From the NCBI GenBank assembly GCA_024275415.1, contig JAJRZD010000012.1:1-32000 (forward strand): a DNA stretch of 32,000 nucleotides, in the 5' to 3' direction. Made by a program: the position numbers and the translations under genes. Origin of the DNA: an archaeon. Lineage in GTDB: Archaea; Asgardarchaeota; Thorarchaeia; Thorarchaeales; Thorarchaeaceae. Below the pieces are notes generated by a model, which ran no database searches, was not told the DNA's origin, and saw only the letters and a program-made list of their open reading frames with translations. Below, in pieces: positions 28,189 through 32,000 of the stretch; position 1 is the first letter of the stretch, and the number at the start of each line of letters is the position of its first letter.

Positions 28189-31100
28189 TCATTCTTCGAC
28201 TAATTTTCCAAGATTCTGTTGCAGTACCTCTAATTCATAGTCTGAATGAGGATCAACTACAAAGCAGGACATGATGACTCGTTTCTCGCCAGATGGCATA
28301 ATCCGTGAATTGCCAATCACTCCAAGTATGGTCATGCTCTCGATCGCCAGACCCATGACACTCGGCCTTGCATCCGAGTGAACCAATGCAAGACCTTCAC
28401 TCACTCCATCATCACCCTCATTATGTATCCACAGGATATTGTTTTGAGGCATGGACATGGATGGCATACCCATCTGATAGTGGTCTGTCATACGACCGCC
28501 GACCTCTGCACGGAATGCGGTATTTGGTAGTCCCCCGTTGAACCCTGGATCAACCACAAAAGAAGGCGCTGCTCCTAATGGTGATTCCGTGGTATTATCG
28601 ACAATCCACCTAGTCAGCACAAGGGGACATCCTGGGAGCGTGAGATACTGGACACTCATCCGTACACCACGTGTGGATTGCTGCTTGGTTCCAACCCACG
28701 AGATTTCAACTCCTTTCCACACTCCTACTGCAACAGGTTTCCCTTCCATGGTTTCCTTGTTCGTGAGAGCATTGGTGAGTTCCTCGTCGAAGGATTGATC
28801 CCATATAATTGGCTGTATCCCTCCATAGTAATTACTGAGAAATCCTCCTGGTCTTGCCTCAGCGGTGGGAAACGTCGAGATTAAGAGTTCAGTGCCTCTG
28901 GCATTCTTCAACGAGTAAAGACATCCTCCATACTCGTGCGAAACCTTGAACTCAATGACACCATTCTTCACTAGGTAGCTCTTGAGTCCTTGGTCTTCAA
29001 TCTGAGTTATCGCGACCTCTCCTTTTGATGTGCCAAGTCCAAGTATGTGAAGGGGAAATTCTTGATCGGTAAAGCCTCTCAGACGAACCGTTCCTTCTTG
29101 GACGAAAAAACCTCCATCCTTGTTAGCCCTTTGTGAAACACTGACAATGAATTCCTGAGAGTCTTGAAGAACCTGATTCTCTAGTCGGTTCGTCTTCGCC
29201 CCTTGGGCGCCATCTTCGCTTATCTGAAGCGTTGCCTCCCACCCTTCAGGGACAGTGACCTCGATATCCACAGGCAAGGGAATCTCTATCGCCTTGTTGA
29301 AGGTCACCTTTGCTGTCGCATCTGACCCGTTATGAGAGATGGCGGAATCAACTGATAGGTCGATGATGCCATGCGTTTCTGGTGCTGGGCGGTATGACAT
29401 GTCGGGGTATTCCTTCGCCACTCTCGACTGCCATATCGTTTGTATCGAGAGCCAATCAGGCTCTCCAAAAGCCATCCCAATCTGTGAAATCATGCGTCTT
29501 TCTTTCGGGGCAAGTTTCACATGAGGGTACTGGAGCATATTGAGCTGGTTGGTTCCAATTCGAATCTCCTCAACACTGTCCTTGTCCCAGAATTGCCCTT
29601 TTGTCGAACGCCGACTTGAGATTGCAATCCATCCTTCACTGAATGCACTGGGAGAGGATGAGATAGCAGGGTATCCGTACGCCATCTTGACGGTAGAGTC
29701 AACAATGATTCGTTCCTTCAATGGAAGAACTTTGGTTCCTGTGGTGAAACCGATACCAGTTCCCCCACCATAAACACGAAGTTGGAAATCATGAGATTCG
29801 TCACCTGTATTTGTTACCCATACCTGATGAATAATGATACCTGTGCCGTATTCGAATATGACACGATCCTCAACTGTGAGGGGGCGTTCTGGATGCTCTC
29901 CGACCATTGTGAGAACAAGAGATTCTTTCTCAAAGGACTCGTGAATCTCACGAGGAGCGAATCGAAATGAGTCGAGCCCAAAAGGAGGACCAATCTGAGA
30001 CCGCAGCTGAAAGGCACCTGCAAAGAGATCCTCGGAATCGTTGGCTGTAAGGATACCCCCCTCATAACTTGCTGATGCAAAGTACTTGCTTGTAGCAACT
30101 ACCTTCCTCAGCCGAATCTCATCATCGCTAATAGCGACAGTACCATTCTCAAGACAGTAGATGGGGAACCGGAACCTTCGAGTGCTCAATGACAGGTCGC
30201 GAGGCCCCTCCAACTCCAAGTGCATAAGCAATTCATGAGTACCACTGGGCAGTGATGGCGAAGCATGCGCCACAATCGTCGCCCCAGAGATGCCCTCGGG
30301 CTGGACTGTGATATCCACTGATGAGGGCTGCACCTTGATCAGGTCGGTCGAGCTTTCAATAACAAGCCTTCCTGATATCGGGAAACTAGCAGAGCTGATG
30401 ATGGAAAGGGGGAGTGTCGTGTCACCACCAGCAGCAATCCGACTGTGTCTTGCGACGTTTCTAATTTCGGCAGCCGGCTTGATGACGAGACCCGTACGCA
30501 ACAAGGATTTTGTTCCACCGAGTTCGACCTCTGTATCAATTGTAGGAGTCCTGAGATTTCTTCTGTGGATTGGGGCATCCGAAGAAACTGTGAAGGGAAC
30601 CTCCCATACCGTTTCGCTGCTCGCCTTGACGACAAGCCTTTGCTTGGTGGTCTTATCAAAATGGATTGCATCAATACTGGAGATGCTCACTCCAATCTCG
30701 ATGTCATCATGTGTGTCGTTCTCTATCTTTAGGAAGTACTTCGAGGGCACACCGCAGAGAACAATGTGATCTAGTACACTACAGCGTACCGCAATCCTAG
30801 CACCATCAACGATTCTGTCAATGGCCGTGATATGACGGGAGTGTTTATCGACGACGACCGATAGCACATTGTCTTCGTACATGAAACGATAGGGGAATAT
30901 CTCCATGCCGTCCTCCTTGAAGTCGTCGGGTGCTTGCACGATATCGCGCTGGAGGACATCATACCATATCAGATGTTCAGGGAGTGTGTCGAAGAAAGGC
31001 TTAGTGAGAGGGTGTTCAAGGATGCCAGGAATATAGCTTTCCATCTGGACTCCATCACCGGTAGGATTCCACATCATCCCCACTTTCTTGTAGAGTGGTA

Positions 31101-31497
31101 CAGCCCGCATGTTCCCGGGCCATGTGTTGAGATCAACCCGAGTCTTACCATGTTGCTGAGAAATCTCGATTGCTCGCAAGAGGAGCTTCTTGCCTACTTT
31201 TTTGTTCAATGCTTCAGGGGAAACGCCAAGAGTGCCGACATATGCTGCATCATTGTCCCTCCAGTGGTGATGCAATGTGCAGGATCCTACTGGTTTGTTC
31301 GTGGCGGTGTCAATTGCGATGAGGATAGCTATGGCTGCCATCGTGCCAAATTGCTTCTTGATCCTATCCTCGTCGTAGGGGACGCCTTGAGTGTAACCTC
31401 CGGGCCAGAGGTCGTCCCAGCCATTGTACATTTCTGCAAGATCCTTTGCCAGATCGTCGGAATATTGGACTATGCGGATATCCTTCTGTTCACTCAT
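28189..31497 (-). CDS. ~1100-aa protein: N-terminal GNAT acetyltransferase fused to a large beta-rich region
   Basis: YVGTLGVSPEALNKKVGKKLL and WPGNMRAVPLYKKVGM GNAT motifs in the first ~170 aa. The remainder is beta-rich with no signal peptide or TM segment. ATG 31497 preferred. Confidence 0.85.
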   Translation of the reverse strand: MSEQKDIRIVQYSDDLAKDLAEMYNGWDDLWPGGYTQGVPYDEDRIKKQFGTMAAIAILIAIDTATNKPVGSCTLHHHWRDNDAAYVGTLGVSPEALNKKVGKKLLLRAIEISQQHGKTRVDLNTWPGNMRAVPLYKKVGMMWNPTGDGVQMESYIPGILEHPLTKPFFDTLPEHLIWYDVLQRDIVQAPDDFKEDGMEIFPYRFMYEDNVLSVVVDKHSRHITAIDRIVDGARIAVRCSVLDHIVLCGVPSKYFLKIENDTHDDIEIGVSISSIDAIHFDKTTKQRLVVKASSETVWEVPFTVSSDAPIHRRNLRTPTIDTEVELGGTKSLLRTGLVIKPAAEIRNVARHSRIAAGGDTTLPLSIISSASFPISGRLVIESSTDLIKVQPSSVDITVQPEGISGATIVAHASPSLPSGTHELLMHLELEGPRDLSLSTRRFRFPIYCLENGTVAISDDEIRLRKVVATSKYFASASYEGGILTANDSEDLFAGAFQLRSQIGPPFGLDSFRFAPREIHESFEKESLVLTMVGEHPERPLTVEDRVIFEYGTGIIIHQVWVTNTGDESHDFQLRVYGGGTGIGFTTGTKVLPLKERIIVDSTVKMAYGYPAISSSPSAFSEGWIAISSRRSTKGQFWDKDSVEEIRIGTNQLNMLQYPHVKLAPKERRMISQIGMAFGEPDWLSIQTIWQSRVAKEYPDMSYRPAPETHGIIDLSVDSAISHNGSDATAKVTFNKAIEIPLPVDIEVTVPEGWEATLQISEDGAQGAKTNRLENQVLQDSQEFIVSVSQRANKDGGFFVQEGTVRLRGFTDQEFPLHILGLGTSKGEVAITQIEDQGLKSYLVKNGVIEFKVSHEYGGCLYSLKNARGTELLISTFPTAEARPGGFLSNYYGGIQPIIWDQSFDEELTNALTNKETMEGKPVAVGVWKGVEISWVGTKQQSTRGVRMSVQYLTLPGCPLVLTRWIVDNTTESPLGAAPSFVVDPGFNGGLPNTAFRAEVGGRMTDHYQMGMPSMSMPQNNILWIHNEGDDGVSEGLALVHSDARPSVMGLAIESMTILGVIGNSRIMPSGEKRVIMSCFVVDPHSDYELEVLQQNLGKLVEE

Positions 31498-31660
31498 GAT
31501 AGGTTGCACCATTCCCATTATCAAAGGGCTTTTGGTTCAAGCATGAACCACTGATAATGATGGATGGTCACCTGATATTACTCTTCTGAGCAAAAGTGAC
31601 CACTGCGATGGCGCTTGCAGTAAGAGTTATCCCCTGATGGTACTCTAAGTGTTCTGAGAG

Positions 31661-32000
31661 ATGACTACCAAGAGATACTATTCTGCTTGTGCGTTGAATT
31701 GCCCCGACATCTGTGCTTACGTCGTGCATGTCGAGGATGGACGAGTGGTCAGGATAGAAGGTGATGAGAAACACCCGTACACGTTGGGGCGTTGTTGTCC
31801 GAAGGGATATGCTCATGTGTTGAGAACATACTCGGAGGATAGACTGCTATATCCCATGAGAAAACAGTCAGACGGGACATTCAAGAGGGTTTCATGGAAC
31901 GAAGCATTAGACGAGATAGCAAAACGAATGAGGACAGCCAAACAAGAGCATGGTCCCATATCAGTGGGTGTCTACTCCGGCTCAGGAAACGATGGGATGG
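31661..32000 (+). CDS. Molybdopterin-dependent oxidoreductase (DMSO-reductase superfamily), N-terminal part; runs off the window
   Basis: Not in the ORF track. MTTKRYYSACALNCPDICAY...IEGDEKHPYTLGRCCPKGY...DRLLYPM...FKRVSWNEALDEIA contains the CxxxCxxxC-x(n)-C [4Fe-4S] motif with conserved Lys. Confidence 0.92.
   Translation, partial: MTTKRYYSACALNCPDICAYVVHVEDGRVVRIEGDEKHPYTLGRCCPKGYAHVLRTYSEDRLLYPMRKQSDGTFKRVSWNEALDEIAKRMRTAKQEHGPISVGVYSGSGNDGM

Overview
Archaeal chromosomal window with archaeal-type ThrRS, an hsp20-cdc48 pair, TATA-like promoters and TTG starts. The gene repertoire suggests an Asgard archaeon such as Thorarchaeia (inference, not verified). It carries about 22 intact or edge-truncated CDSs: DUF1464, two flavodoxin-fold genes with a divergent wHTH regulator, an MFS transporter, an ACT-like protein, Hsp20, Cdc48, VapBC, ThrRS, an NMO/FabK-family flavoprotein, a thiolase, a class-I disulfide oxidoreductase, a DsrE-like protein, a membrane protein, an extended SDR, two GNAT proteins and the start of a molybdopterin oxidoreductase. 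The first and last genes are missing from the ORF track. The standout is a 2578-aa surface protein (14794-22530, minus strand). It fuses a circularly permuted family-5 peptide-binding domain, an internal propeptide-like segment, an intact subtilisin (S8) protease, PPC-like sandwiches, a stalk of Ig-like repeats and a C-terminal membrane anchor. A frameshifted relic of a paralogous anchor follows it. Between cdc48 and thrS is a small decaying accessory islet: an IS481-like transposase remnant, VapBC with a perfect 20-bp palindromic operator, and a possible nuclease fragment. No rRNA, tRNA or CRISPR array was found. All family calls come from motif recognition by eye; no database search was run.
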